From: Octopus sinensis
Lineage: Eukaryota
Assembly (NCBI RefSeq): GCF_006345805.1
Contig: NC_042997.1
Span: forward strand, 133,920,001-133,984,000
Direction of reading: 5' to 3'
DNA: 64,000 nucleotides
The notes beneath the pieces are model-generated. The model was not told the origin of the DNA, ran no database searches, and saw nothing but the letters and a program-made list of their open reading frames with translations. Positions within the stretch are counted from its first letter, which is position 1. Every line of letters starts with the position of its first letter. The position numbers and the translations under genes are program-made. Below, one piece after another: positions 35,674 to 49,984 of this stretch.

Positions 35674-37963
35674 GCTTTTTTTTAATTTTGTGTTTTTCTT
35701 TTTTTTTCTTTTTTTTTCTTTTTTTTTCTTTTTTTTATATAAAAACCCCGAAAAGAAAAAAAAAACTGTACAGATGTAAACAATGACTGAGTCGACTCTA
35801 TATATCAGCCGACTCGGTAGAATATGAATGATGATACATGAGATGAAACCCCACTGCTGTTGTTTTTTTTTTTTTTTTCATTTTTTTTTTCACTATTCCC
35901 CTTTTCCCTTCTCCATCTTTCAATGCAGGGTCCCTTTATTATACAAAAAGATTTAACATAATTAACCTACACACACACCCCTTATGTATCTACTACATAT
36001 TCGCTTACCTCAGTTTCACACCTTTCCATCCGGAACAGGTACACACTAGGAGAATTAAACTGCAGCAATATCTTAGACCTAGCTTTCCCATCCAAAGAAT
36101 TCTTTGGCTGTCATACACTTAAGTTTTCAAATGCCAATGGAATATAGTGCACCTAACCTTGTACATCCCTTATGGACCCTGCAAAGTTTCTAAAAGGATT
36201 GACTCAACTCTTTAACTTTGTACAAAATATTAAAACACTAGATAAGCAGGGAAACATGTTCGAATCTTCACTGGAGTCTTCGAACCATTTCATTTCTTGT
36301 GTTGTTCTTATTTTCACTTATACTCTATTTTATTACCTTTGTTATCCTTATTTATCATATTCCCCATAATAATAATAATAATAATCATTATCATTATCAT
36401 TAATAATAATACTCTGTGTGTATGTGTATGTATGTATGTGTGTGTGTGTGTGGGAGTAGCCCCTTTCTGTTCCGAGTTCATACTTTACTTGGGTCAACTT
36501 TGCCTTTCCTACTCCTAAATTTAATAAAACTTAAATAGCAGTCAAATGCTGTGGTTGATATAATCAGTTGTGCTCTTGAATTTCGTGGCCTTGTGCTCTA
36601 GTTAGAGACCTCCCTCTTCCTTCTCTGCCTCCTCTTCATCATCATCATCATCATCATCATCAGCATTTTCATTATTGATATTAATTTGGTAGCAGACTGG
36701 CAGAATCGTTAGCAGCATTTCATCCATCTTTATGTTCCGACTTCAAATTCCGTTGAGGTCGGCTTTGCCTTTCATCTCTTCCAGGGTTGATAGAATAAGT
36801 ACCAATCTAAGTTTGGGTCAATGTAATTGATCTACATCCTCCACCAAAATTGCTGGCCTTGTGCCAAAATTTAAAACTAATATAAATTTGTTTGTAGGGT
36901 GGTAAAAACCAAAGAGTAGTGGTAAAAATACTGTACCTGTATTTAGCTGGTGTTCTGTTGCTCTCTAAAGTCTATGTTGTATCTCATCAAAGTTGACACT
37001 GCCTGTATAGTGAAGTAAAGACATCTCTCCCCGCTAGTGTGATGTACAAGTATTGACTCTCTACACTGAATCTCCTTGCCTAAAAATTTCTAGTCTTGTG
37101 CTGAACAGAGACATTATTATTATTTCGATGCCAGGGCCGCCTGACTGGCTCCTGTGCCAGTGGTATGTAAAAAGCACTATTGGAACGTGGCCGATGCCAG
37201 TACCCCTTGATTGGCTCCTGTGCCGGTGGCGTGTAAAAAGCACTGTCCAAACATGATTGATACCAGCCCCACCTGACTGGCTCCTGTGCCGGTGGCACAT
37301 AAAAAGCACCCACTACACTCTCAGAGTGGTTGGCGTTAGGAAGGGCATCCAGCTGTGGAAACATTTCCAGATCAGACTGGAGCCTGGTGCAGCCACTGGC
37401 TCTCCAGACCGCAGTCAAACCATCCAACTCCTGCCAGCATGGAAAATGGACGTTAAACGATGATAATGATGTTGAGTTCAAATTCTGTCATGGTTTGAAC
37501 TCTTTACCTGTCATCCTTTCTGGGTCAATAAAAGAAATACCAGTCATGTTTTGGGGTTTGATGTAATCGACTAGACACTGCCCCCCAAAATTTTAGGCTT
37601 TGTACCTATATTAAAAAGGATTATCATAATTGAGAGTGTGTGGTCTGGCAGGTTTACACTCTATTAACAGAAATGCCACAAAGATGAAGCTTTTCTTTCA
37701 CACTTCTTTTTTCTATCATCCTCTTTTCCTGTCATTTACATTCTCAGATTAATAAAATACCTGTATTGTCTTAGGAAGTACAGGAGCAGGGTGTGCTGAA
37801 AATATCATTCTCCAATTAAATATGTGCCTAATTCCAAAGAAATTAACATTATTTTTCACAGTAGGGATAGTAGTAAGAATACTTTGCGACATGTGAAGGG
37901 TTAATAAAGAAAATATTATTATTATCATTATTATTATTATTATTGTTGTTGTTGTTGTTGTTG

Positions 37964-38538
37964 AACTGGCAGAATCATCAGCACACTGGGCAAAAAATGC
38001 TTAACGGCATTTCGTTTGTCTTCAAGTTCTGAGTTCAAATTTGGCTAAGGTCAACTTTCATTATTTCGCAGTCGATAAAATAAGTACCAGTGGTGTACTG
38101 GGTCCGATGTAATTGACATAACTCCTCCCACCAAATTTCAGGCCTTGTGCCTATAGCAGAAAGGATTATTATTATTATTAAGATGGTGTGGTGGCAGAAT
38201 GGTTAGCATGTCAAGGTTGACTTTGCCTTCCATCCTTTTGGGGTCAATAAAATAAGTGCCAGTTGAGCACAGGGGTTCGTGAAATCAACTAGCCCCACCC
38301 CACCTCACCCCCAAATTTAAGGTCTTCTGCCTATAGTACAAAGGTGGCAGAATTGTTAGCATGCCAGGCAAAATGCTTAGCAGCATTTCATCTGTCTTTA
38401 TGTTCTGAGTTCAAATTCCCCCGAGGTCAACTTTGCCTTTCATCCTTTCGGGGGTCGATAAATTAAGTACTGGGGTCAATGTAATCGGCTTACCCACTTC
38501 AACCAATATTGCTGGCCTTGTGCCAAAATTTGAAACCA

Positions 38539-38582
<44 letters not shown>

Positions 38583-38786
38583 GATAGCAAAGAAACCAGC
38601 ATCTGCATCAACATAATCACCATCATCATTATCATGCTTTTAATTATCACTAGAATCTTTTCTTCATCATTGATACTGACATCATGGCCATTATTATTGT
38701 TAAGCTCTTTTTCGTCTTTATCCACATTGCCTTCTCTTTATGTATTTTAATTTCTTTAACTTAATTGTTCACTTCTTTTTTATTCC

Positions 38787-38821
<35 letters not shown>

Positions 38822-39322
38822 GGCGGCAAGCTGGCAGAAACGTTAGCATGCCAAGTGAAATGCTTAGTGGTATCTCGTCTGTCTTTACATTCTGAGTTCA
38901 AATTCCGCTGAGACCAACTTTCCCTTTCATTCTTATGGGGTCAATAAATTAAGTACCAGTTACATACTGGGTTTGATCTAATCGACTGCCCCTCTCCCCC
39001 AAAATTTCTGGCCTTGTGCCTAGAATAGAAAGGATTATTATTATCACTAAGGGGGCAAGCTGGCAGAATTGTTAGTACACTAGGCGAAATGCTTAGCAGT
39101 GTTTCATCTGCCGTTATATTCTAAGTTCAAATTCCACCAAGGTTGACTTTGCCTTTCATACCTTCAGAGTTGATAAATTAAGTACCAGTGAAACACTGGG
39201 GTCGATATAATCATCCAGTTTCTTCCCGATATAATCATCCAGTCTCTTCCCCATCAAATTTCAGGCTTTGTACATATAGTACACAGTATTATTATTATTA
39301 TTATTATTATTGTTATTATTGT
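37964..39322 (+). mobile_element. Head-to-tail cluster of five SINE family B copies (Deu/Nin-domain-like) with (TTA)n tails
   Basis: Repeated gctggcagaa..gttagc..gagttcaaattcc..gactttgcctttcatcctttcggggtcgataaattaagtacc. Many other copies, e.g. 2640-2850, 7370-8380(-), 14540-14745(-), 16870-17100(-), 25825-26050, 36690-36880, 41540-41740, 42060-42270, 55560-56010, 57020-57215, 59780-60160. Confidence 0.8.
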
Positions 39323-39534
39323 GAAAAATAATAATTTAGATTTTTTAAACTAATTTTATTTTGTTCCTTTTTTTCTCCTTTTTCTTCCATTTTCTTTTTT
39401 TATTTATCCAATAATTATATTTCCTCCAGCAGCATTCAATTTTGTGAAACTTTTGTTAATACGTCACAATTAAACAAAACAACAACAACAACAACAGCAA
39501 TTGAAAGTTATACCACAGTGCTTGAAGATACGAA

Positions 39535-39780
39535 GATAGATAGATAGATGGTTGGATACATAGATAACAAATAGATAGTGAGGTCGATAGAGGGAGGAGT
39601 AGATAGATAGATAGATAGATAGATAGGCAGACTGACAGATTGATTGATAAATTTTTAAATAGATAGATAAGTTGATTGATTGATTGATAAATTTTTAAAT
39701 AGATACATAGATATGTGGATAGATAGATAGGTAAATAGATTTGTAAACAGATAGATATGTATGTAGATTAGTAAGGATAT
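39535..39780. repeat. (GATA)n/(GATT)n tetranucleotide microsatellite
   Basis: Direct reading. Confidence 0.85.
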
Positions 39781-39945
39781 AAAGATGTAGAATATTCTGG
39801 AAAATATTGAAAGGAATTTGATGTTTCATATTTTTTCTTTTCGAATTCTAATCGTTTGTTTCAAAATAATTTTTTGTTTTTTTTGTTTTTATGAATCATT
39901 GGAAAATGATATTTACTACCAATTACTTTACACGCCAGCACATAT

Positions 39946-39987
<42 letters not shown>

Positions 39988-40358
39988 TCTCTGTCTGTCT
40001 CTCTGCACACAACTAAGGAAAATTAGCATGTACTCTTACAAACGAACAAACTTGCATACTACAACCGATTCATTCAAATTCTTTGTAAAAGTGAAGTAAG
40101 TTGTTCTCATGTATGTATGTGTGTGTGTGTAAATTAATTTGATCTATAAATGTAGTCCACTTGTCTATTATTACCGTTGTTGTTAAAATGAATTTCTTAA
40201 TATGAGATAAGTTTGTTACTATGAGCAAGTGTATAATTCAGATGTTTGTCGTTTGGTTTGAATTCTTTCTCTTTCGCAAAACCCTTTACTAAACTGTTCC
40301 ATAAAAATATATTTATCTCCACAACTAGTATATACATATGTGTATATGTAGAAATGCG

Positions 40359-40412
<54 letters not shown>

Positions 40413-40578
40413 GTATACATATACATACATATATATATACATACATATATATGTATACATATACATACATATATATATACATACATATATATATATACAT
40501 ATATATATATACATACATACATATATATATATACATACATATATATATACATACATACATATATACATACATACATAT

Positions 40579-40652
<74 letters not shown>

Positions 40653-40714
40653 TGCATATAGCGTGTATTCAAGTACACATGTATGTGCATGTGTGATGGT
40701 GTGTATATGTATAT

Positions 40715-40748
<34 letters not shown>

Positions 40749-43746
40749 CACACTGCATGTATGAATGTACATAACAGTTTTATAATGCAAACCTCTCTCT
40801 CTCCATCTTCCATCAATGCTGTCATTAGTTTGAAATGTTGAAAATGAGGGCAAAATCGTTAACATCATATATAATGGAACTGTGCACTTAACAAGGTCTC
40901 GATAGATCTAGTTCAGACCTGGAAGTGGTCTTATTCTTCATCTTCTTTTCTTTTTTTTTTTTTTTTTCTGAGAAGTGCATACAATCTCATTTAAACTTGC
41001 TCCTGGCTGGTTTTACTATATTTCATTATTAAGCGTAAATTAAAATTTTTGCGAAAATGTAAATATAATAGTTACAAAAAAAAAAAAAATTAAAAATTAA
41101 AAAAAAAATTTTTTTAAAGATATAAAATGAAAATGAAAAACAAAATGAGAAAAATATCCTATTTGTAGCATATATATTTTTAAATAAAAATATTTCAATA
41201 AAACATTAAAATTAATCAATACTTTCTAAGTGTCAAGTTCCTATTGAACACTTAAGAAAGAATTGAACGGAGCAGCCAAATTTTGATCACAGAAGGTGGG
41301 TGATGCTGACCAAAATATAAATTTGTAAATATATACGTCTCAGGCATAATTACCCACCACCACCACCACCAACACACACATACACACACACTCACACAAA
41401 CTCACACACTCATTTACCCTAGCTATGATCTTGATTTCCACTATACATATATTTGTATTATACAGCATACATAAATATAGTTTGTGTGTGTGTGTGTGTG
41501 CTTGTGTGCATATATATAATATTATTTTTATTATTGTTGTAAGGAGGTGAGCTGGCTGAACTGTTAGCATGGCAGTCAAAGTGCTTAGCTGCATTTCGTC
41601 TATCTTCACGTTCTGAGTTCAAATCCCGCCAAGGTCGACTTTGCCTTTCATCCTTTTGGGGTTGATAAAATAAGTACCAGTTGAGCACTGGGGTCAATGG
41701 AATCAACTTACCCCTTCCATTTGAAAACCTTATTATAGCAAGCCGAAGCATCTTGAATCATTATTCTTAGGTTCTTGTTGCTGGTTATTCAAATAACCTC
41801 TTTGAATAAGTGGCGCCGTAAAACTCAAGCATAATAATTCTTAAAGTTTCAGCCTCTAATAAAATGTATAGAAACCGTAGATTTTGCATTGAGTCCATTT
41901 TGCTTACTTTTAATCATAAACATCCGTTGTGTATGGAATGTATGTGTGTGTGTGTGTGTGTGTGGTATGTTTGGTGTATGTCTGTGTGTGTGTTGACACC
42001 TTACTGTCTTTGCAGTTGATGCAGTCAAGAAAATTCTCAGGTATTGTGCATTATATCTTCAGTTGTGACGAGCTGGTAGAATTGTTACCATGCTGGGTAA
42101 AATGCAGCATTTCGTCCATCTTTATGTTCTGAGTTCAAATTCCGCTGAGGTCGACTTTGCCTTTCATTCCTTTTAGGATTGATAAATTAAGTACCAGTCA
42201 GGTACTGGGGTTGATGTAATCAACTGGTCTCCTCCCACAAAATTTCAGGCCTTGTGCCTATAATAGAAAGAATTATTATTATTATTGTTTTTTGTTGTTG
42301 TTGTTGTTGTCTTAGTGACCAGATATTTAATTATGTTCTTTTGTATTGTGGATCACCTAGCTTGACATTATTACTTATCTTTACCCCCACTTTCTTTGAG
42401 TTGATAGAAACAAATACTAGTTATATTCTAGGGTTGATTTGATCATCTAAAATCTTCTTATCTTGTTGATGTAAGTAGTGATTATTTCTGTCAGTACCCC
42501 TGGCTGCTTTTTCCTACAGGCATCCAGCCATAAAAACCATGCCAAAACAGACACTGAAGCCTGGTGCAGTCTTCTGCCTAACCAGCTACTGTCAAACCAT
42601 CCAACCCATGCCAGCATGGAAAACAGATGTTAAATGATGATAATAATGATGATGATGGTGGTGGTGGTGATGATGACATCCTTTGTTTGGTTTGAATAGA
42701 AGATTTGATTTGTCCCCAATTGAAGTTTAGAATTACGCATGGCTATAAAACAATGACTGAACAATGTAGTCATCTAACTCATGCCAGCATTGAAAAATGG
42801 ACGTAAGACACACATACATACATACATACATACACACACATACATTATATATATATATATGATATTGTAATATAGTACTATCCTCTCTATATTGAATTTT
42901 TTTAGTTTTTACGCAACGTTTTGTATAAAGAGAATGTTTAACAAATATGTTATTGTGTAGTGGACTAAACAGAGCACTTTACATGCTGTGTAATGCAGGG
43001 ATTTTGGTAGCGATGTCATAGCTGTTGTTTTGTTGATGTTCAGCCAGTGGTCATTTCTGGTCAAGCCGACCAATGACACATAGATAGGTGATCGATTGAG
43101 GTCTTTTAGACCAGTGTTCCATCTGTGGCCACCCCTTCTTTTTTTTTTTTTCTTTTGTCTGGCTATAATTTATTTCCAAGATTGTGTCAGCTAATATATC
43201 TGTTGTTGTTATTTTCTGTACGTTTAGAGCATGATGTGAGAGGGATTTTGCTTGCCATTTCTAGCAATGTTGAATGACTATGTAGAGGCTCCCTCAAAAA
43301 TGACATAGTGTGGCAGGGATATCGTGATGCTGTGGAGTGCATTCTGTGATGGAATTTGACATGTAAACAGCACATTTGAAAGGGCACAGCTTATTACTGA
43401 ATTAGCCCATTTGATTGCAGAACCCCAAGTCTGTGTTAAATAATGGTAAAAGTTCAATATGGAGATGGTTCTGTAACAAAAAATATACATTACTTATCCA
43501 TGTAGGTAAATATTTCGTTTGTTTATTTGTATGTGTGTGTGTGTGTGTGTGTTTCTTTTCTTTGTAAGTTTGCATATCCAGTGCAGCTAGCCCATTCTTT
43601 GATTATTCTTTATCACTTCCAGTATTGGCTTTTTTCTCTCCAACATGTTTGCATGTACCCACATTCATAACTATAAATATATATATTGACAAACACATAC
43701 ATGTGCATGCACACACACACACATACATTATATATATATATATATA

Positions 43747-44630
43747 CAAGGAGGTATCCAAAAGTAACTGGGAATGGTCTCTTGTGAGACAAGTCTGTTG
43801 TAGTTCAGGTTTCCACTGCTAGAAGCCACTTGATGCAACCCTCAGGCATCCACCTGCCAACTGGTAACATCCAGTGAGGTCATACTGCCACATGGTGTGT
43901 GTCTTTGTTTTACAGTGCTTCTCTCCTGTCTGTTGATTTTTGCGATGGCTGAAATGAAGGAACAGCCTGCTTGCATGAAATTTTGTTTTCTGAAAACAGC
44001 AGCTGAAACAGTTGTTATATTTCAAACACCTTACAAGGACACTGCCATGAGCAAAACACACTTTGGGAATGGTTATTTGTCACTTGAAGACCAATCTCAT
44101 TCAAGGCGATCAACGACCTCCTGAATGAATGGACACATCACAAAAACTTATAAGCTGATCTTGGAGGACTGGCACTGAACAATTGACAAACTTGTTGATA
44201 TGAATGGTGTGCCCTGGAGCTCGTGCCAATGAATTTTGAGCGAGGAATTGCGAATAAAAAAATGCTGCAGCATAATTTGTGCTTCACTTAATTGCAGTTT
44301 TTTGGCCAAAAATGGCATGACCCCGCTTACCTTCCCTCCCATTTCACGTGATCTTGCTTTCTGTGACGTTGTTTGTCTCCTCCCCCACCAAATGAAAAGC
44401 ATCCTTATAGGAAAACGTTTTGCAAATGTGGAAGAGGTGAAGAAAAAAAACGACAGAGGCGTTAAAAGGCATCACTTTTTCAAGACTTCCAGATCTGCTT
44501 TAAACAATGGAATACACCTCTGGGCCGATGCATCACTTCAAATGGAGAAAACTTTGAAGTGTAAACCTCTTAAAGCTAAGTGAATAAACTAATATTGCAA
44601 ATTTCCAGTTTCTTTTGGGTACCCCCCTCG
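43747..44630 (+). mobile_element. Degenerate, internally deleted mariner-type DNA transposon
   Basis: Imperfect TIRs (caaggaggtatccaaaagtaactgg / ccagtttcttttgggtacccccctcg) flanked by TA; remnant SRDLAFCD...GKRFANVEEVKK corresponds to the mariner SPDLAP.D...G.RF motif. Confidence 0.85.
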
Positions 44631-44825
44631 TATATGCATATTTAGCATTTGCCATACTACACTGCCTCAACAAGTCTCAGTCAGCCCATGACAACATGGA
44701 AAAGGCAAACATAAAAAAATGACGACGACGACGACAATGATGATGGTGATGATAACTTTGCTGAAATTGTAATAATAATATTGACGATACTGATGATGGT
44801 GGTAATAATAATAATAATAATAATT

Positions 44826-45027
44826 ACAGAGATGTACTTGCATAGCAAGTGATTTGATCTGAGATCGTGTGCTGGAACGAAAACAATTGCAGCATGGAAG
44901 GTGTTGGTAAGCCATTTAAGAAACACACAAAAGCTGTTCGATTCACTTCAACATTTAAGTTTAATTTGTCAAAATATTTTCGTTGCTATAAGATCGCGAC
45001 CTGTTCACTGACAAAAATCCGTGCTGC

Positions 45028-45028
<1 letters not shown>
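44826..45028 (-). mobile_element. About 200-bp HHR family C element inserted in (AAT)n
   Basis: Flanked on both sides by (AAT)n; shares about 140 bp with 28001-28140. Confidence 0.65.
44966..45014 (-). ncRNA. Hammerhead-like motif, family C, with G3:C8 core
   Basis: UUGUCA-GUGAACA-G-GUCGC-gaucuuaua-GCAAC-GAA-AAUAUU-U-UGACAA: 6-bp stem I, stem II with one mismatch, palindromic stem III. Confidence 0.65.
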
Positions 45029-45059
<31 letters not shown>

Positions 45060-46475
45060 TATAATAAATGGTTTCTAAACCATTCATAGAAACTGATAAA
45101 AGAAAGAAAGGAAACGAAAATCATGGATATAGCTTTATATATATATATATAGCAATAATTAAAATACAAAGAGAAAATTGAGCACAAATTTTATCAACAG
45201 CATAGGTAACAATGAGAGTAATGGTGATAACTATAATGCTGTGAGCTGGCCAAAATGCTTAGTGGCATAGCATCCTGTCTTTACATTTTGAGTTAAACTG
45301 ATGCGGTCTACTTCACCTTGGATCTTTTAGGGAGCAATTAAATAACTACCAAAAACGTATTGGGGGCATTGAAATTGATTTCCCCCTCCCTTAAAAACTT
45401 TTGGCCCTGGGCCAAAATTTCAAATCATTAAGATTGAAGTTTATGATGATGGTAGTGATGGTGGAGTTCATGATGATTTTCATGAGTATTGATCAGCTGA
45501 TAATATCTACAATTGCAGAGTAACTAATGAAATAATGCACACACATGCAAATATACACGTATACATACTTGCACACCCACAACACTCACTGATTGTGTTG
45601 TGTGTGTTGGTTCTATAATATTACCAAGTGAAAAGTACATATTGTAACTCGAATATCCTGTAAGTTGAAACGGTTGTAGCGTCAAGTTTTAAAAGAATTT
45701 AAAACTCAACTTTTGTATTATCATTATGAATTGAATACAGAATTTTGTAAACAGCCCAATTTAATTCAACTTGACAAAAATAGTTCAATAAATACATACA
45801 TACATAGCTATGCACATACACACACGTATACATGTGTGTGTTTATAACTTCATATCAAGCAAAACGAGTGAAGTGATTGTGTAGTGTACTATTGGTTTCA
45901 TAATATCATTCTTTATGCTCTGTTTCACTCTACATAACGTAGACGACTAGAAGACCAAACACATTTTTCTTGCAATTGTAAATAATACTCAGAAGTTACT
46001 TGTTAGGGGAGATAACTCACTTCTCTTGAGAGAGAGTTATCCAACTTTACAGATACGGCAGTTTTGGAAAAAAATTTTTTTCGTAATTATCCTTACCATG
46101 AGAAATTAAAAAGAGTGGGTTCGCTGAACCAGTGGTTAAAGTGTATATACCTACATGTATATGTGGGCGTATACATATATGTTAGTGTATTTGGGTACGG
46201 CTTTATGTTTCATGTTAGCTGTTTATTCAGCCCGTATCCTTTTCAACTTTTACGTTGTTCACAAATTTGATTGTACTAATTAATAGTCCTATCATCAGTA
46301 AATATTTTGGTTTCTATAATTTTTTATGATTAAACACGACCAAATAATAACATTGATATGTGTGAGCGAGCGTGTTTATGTATATGTGAGTTTGTATATG
46401 TGCGTAGGCACAATTGCTGAACAGGGAACCTCTCTCAGCAGAGATCGGCTGATTCCAAAGAAAATAAAGGTACAA

Positions 46476-46526
<51 letters not shown>

Positions 46527-48233
46527 CATTAAAAAATGCAAGCTCTAATTCAGCTCCTGTTTTTTTACAGTGTTTCAGTGTAGGAAGCTGATCCAATGGC
46601 AAAAAATTATTACTGCAGGAAATAAAACTCAGCACACGTGCATACATGGGGGAGAGATGGATGGTTAAAAAAAATTTTTTTAATGTATGGAATGTTATGT
46701 ATGTATGTGTGAGAGAGAGATATAGTGAGAGTGTATGTGTGTATACATTCTTATACAATTCATGTTATAATGTTATGCTTGCTTGTCTATATGCAGCTAT
46801 TGTTCTCCAGATACAGGCTTCAGAAAACACATCCACGCTCACACAGCATACACATATGCTCACACATTCACTCAAGTATACAAACTGTCACATGTTCAAT
46901 TACATATCTTCATGTTCATGACGTGTTTCATACATATATATATACACACATACACACACATACATACATACACACACACCTGTGTATATACACTTTCTAC
47001 CTCATATTTGTTGGAATGAATTTAAGAGCGGCAGCTCTATTTCCGTGGGTGTTTTTTGTTTTTTTTTTCTTGTAAACTATTTTTGAAAACTTTTTCTAAT
47101 ATATTTGCTCTTTTTTTTTTTTTTTTTGATTTTTCTTAATCTATTCTACCTGGGAGCAAGGACTTGACAAAAAAAAAAGCCAGCAAAATAAAATTTTAAG
47201 AAATAAAAAATATATTGTACAAACATATATATATATATATATGATGTATATGTATGTGTGTATATATGAAATTAGAAAAATATGAAAATACTGGCAAGTA
47301 CTAATGCATTCCCTTAAGCATACAGAAAAGGAATGTTTCTCAATTTTTTTGGGGGGTTGGGGGGTTCCTACAACTGCTATTTCATATGTCACAATAGTTT
47401 TTCTCCTGGAACATGACGTTAATAAAGAGCAGCGATGATAATGATGATCATCATCATTATCATGTCTGTAATGATTGTGGTGATGATAATATTAGTGACT
47501 ATGGTGGTAGTGATGATGATGATGATGATAATAACTGTGGTGGTGGTGATGACGATGATGATGATGAGAGTAGTGGAGAAGGTCGTTAACTGTACTTGGT
47601 GACTGGGTGCCTTTGTTATATGTAACTTTTTACTGCCTTCACTGATCTGAGTTTGGGCCTGCCAAAAGTCGTGGTGGGTAAGTAGTGCAAAGGTGTGGCA
47701 CAGCTGGGTTTCTTTCTTTTTTTTTTTTTTCTCTTCGTTTTCCACCCCCAACTCCCATTCTTCTCTCTTAAACTATAAGTCTCCAGACTGCCTAGTCGAA
47801 AAATGGCAATTTGCTGGATCCTGTATATTCTTCAGTGGCTAATATTTGGATAACATACACATGCATGCACACACATATATTTATATGGTCTTTTGTTATA
47901 TAGTTGCCAAGTTTGCAGTGCAGTGATTGCAAATAGATTAAATAACGTTTGGTTAATATAACGGTCCTTCTTTTCACTCCATCTGCTTTTAGTGCTCGTT
48001 ATTACCTGCAATGCATTGCTGTCAATTATGCTGTGTACATTTGTCAGCTTACATGTTATACAATTCCTTAATACCTGCAGGATTTATGTATTCGTTAATG
48101 AAGGAACCAACATTTAGATTAGCTTTTAGGTTAGCATACGGAGTAATTAGTAACGTTTTGGTTATTTGTTCATATCAGAAAGAATGGAACAAAAGTTCGC
48201 CAAATCTGAATTTAAGGGAAAACAAACAAACAA

Positions 48234-48264
<31 letters not shown>

Positions 48265-48735
48265 TACATGTGTGTCAGTATGTTAGGTTCTATCTGTTAA
48301 GAATGTAGTAGAGTACAGTATAAAGCTCATCCAACTTCAGATTTCACCCAGTGTGATCCAACATTAGTATTATACCTACGGTCAGATTTGCATTGCAGCT
48401 TCTGTAGTGTGTGAACGGCTGGAGAACTACATTGTATTGAAACAATTGTAGTGATTACAAATATAAGTTTCAAAAGAATTTAAAACTCAACGTTTGTATT
48501 ATTATGTATTGAATACAAAATTTTTTGACAAAAATAGTTCAATAAATACATACATACACATATATACACAAGCACCCTGAGAGAGATACATACGCAAACA
48601 TTAAAATATGACGCAAGTACATTAAAACACTCATTTATTTATGACACATTTGTTTTAGCATCAACTGGCCATACTCTAGATTCTTGTATCATGTAGACAT
48701 TTAGATATGTCATAATATATATACATGTGCATATA

Positions 48736-49984
48736 CAAGTGTTGGACGAAATTTATTTTGATATGGCATAGGCTGCCTTTTGCAGTAATTACAGCTTGAA
48801 TTCTATACTTCTGTACGAAGTTTGAATTGTTTCCAAAGGAATTTTTGTCCATTCTTCAGCTAAAACAGTCTCCAGTTCTTGTAGTGATGATGGTGAAGGA
48901 TATTGACTCCTTACTTGTTTTTCTAAAATGCACCATTAATGTTCAATAATATTGAGATCTGGGGACTGTGGTGGCCAGATAAGATGTTCAACTTCACTAG
49001 AATGTCCCTCATGCTATTCAGTAACAACTTTAGCTGTGTGAATTGGTGCATTAGCATCCTGAAAGATTGCGTTTCCCTCCAGAAATAGTTCAGCAACCAT
49101 AGGATGAATTTGATCAGATAAAATGCTTAAATAGTCTTGACTATTAATTCTGCCATGAAAGAAAACAATTGGGCCGGCATATTTCCAAGATATAGCCCCA
49201 CCAACACCCCCCCACCTTCAGATCATCACATATCTTCCTCCATGTTTAACAGTTGGAAGAAGGCGGTCTGGGTCAAATGTTTCTTTTGGCTGTCTCCACA
49301 CGTATACTCGGCTGGTGGTTGGAAATAAGGTAAAGGATGACTTGTCTGAGAAAATAACATTCTGTCACTGCTCTAGGGACCAATTCTGTAGGTTTTTACT
49401 CCACTCTAAACCCTTAGTAATGTTTGCTTTTGAAAGTAGTGGTTTTCTGATTGCAGCTCTCCCATGAAATTCGGCTTTGTGCAGCTCCTGGTGAACAGTT
49501 TTTGTGGAAACTGGGTTCTCAAGGTGGTCATTAAGCTCTGTAGTAATTTTGGGAGCTGTACTTTTGTGATCCTTTCTAGAAATTCATGTAAGAGTCCGAC
49601 GGTCCCTATCTAAAAGTTTTGGTCTTCTTCTGGAGTTTTGTTTCAACAAGGAGGTTTTTCCCTCTTTCTCAAAAGCTGCCATTACTTTTGAGACAGTATT
49701 TCTTGATAGACCAAACATTTCAGCTGTTTTCGTTACACTAACGCCTACCATACGAGCACCAACAATTTGACCTCTTTGAAAGTCTGATAGATCTATCATT
49801 TTAATGAATTTTAATTACCTTTTTCTGATGATATCTGAAAAAAAAAAAAACCCGGCAATTTTAGCAAAACATATTAAGCAACACTAATAACAAATCAAAA
49901 GACAAAAGAAACAAGCTTTTGATGGTTTTATTGATATTTCAAAATTATGATGATAGGTGTTTCCATTATTTTGTCCAAACCCTC
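48736..49984 (-). mobile_element. Degenerate Tc1-type transposon
   Basis: N-terminal HTH MIDLSDFQRGQIVGARMVGVSVTKTAEMFG (49584-49799); minus-strand remnants QDANAPIHTAK and WPPQSPDLNIIEH; TIR-like gttggacgaaa / tttgtccaaacc with TA flanks. Confidence 0.88.

Noticed and set aside
33032-35786. Many overlapping YI/IY/VC-rich ORFs here and at 6540-6908, 21811-22149, 40219-40868, 51023-51461
   Set aside because: All derive from (TA)n/(TG)n microsatellites, which lack stop codons in several frames.
47570-47710. Possible miRNA hairpin region
   Set aside because: No match to conserved bilaterian miRNA sequences I recall, and no clear stem by eye; folding and small-RNA data would be needed.
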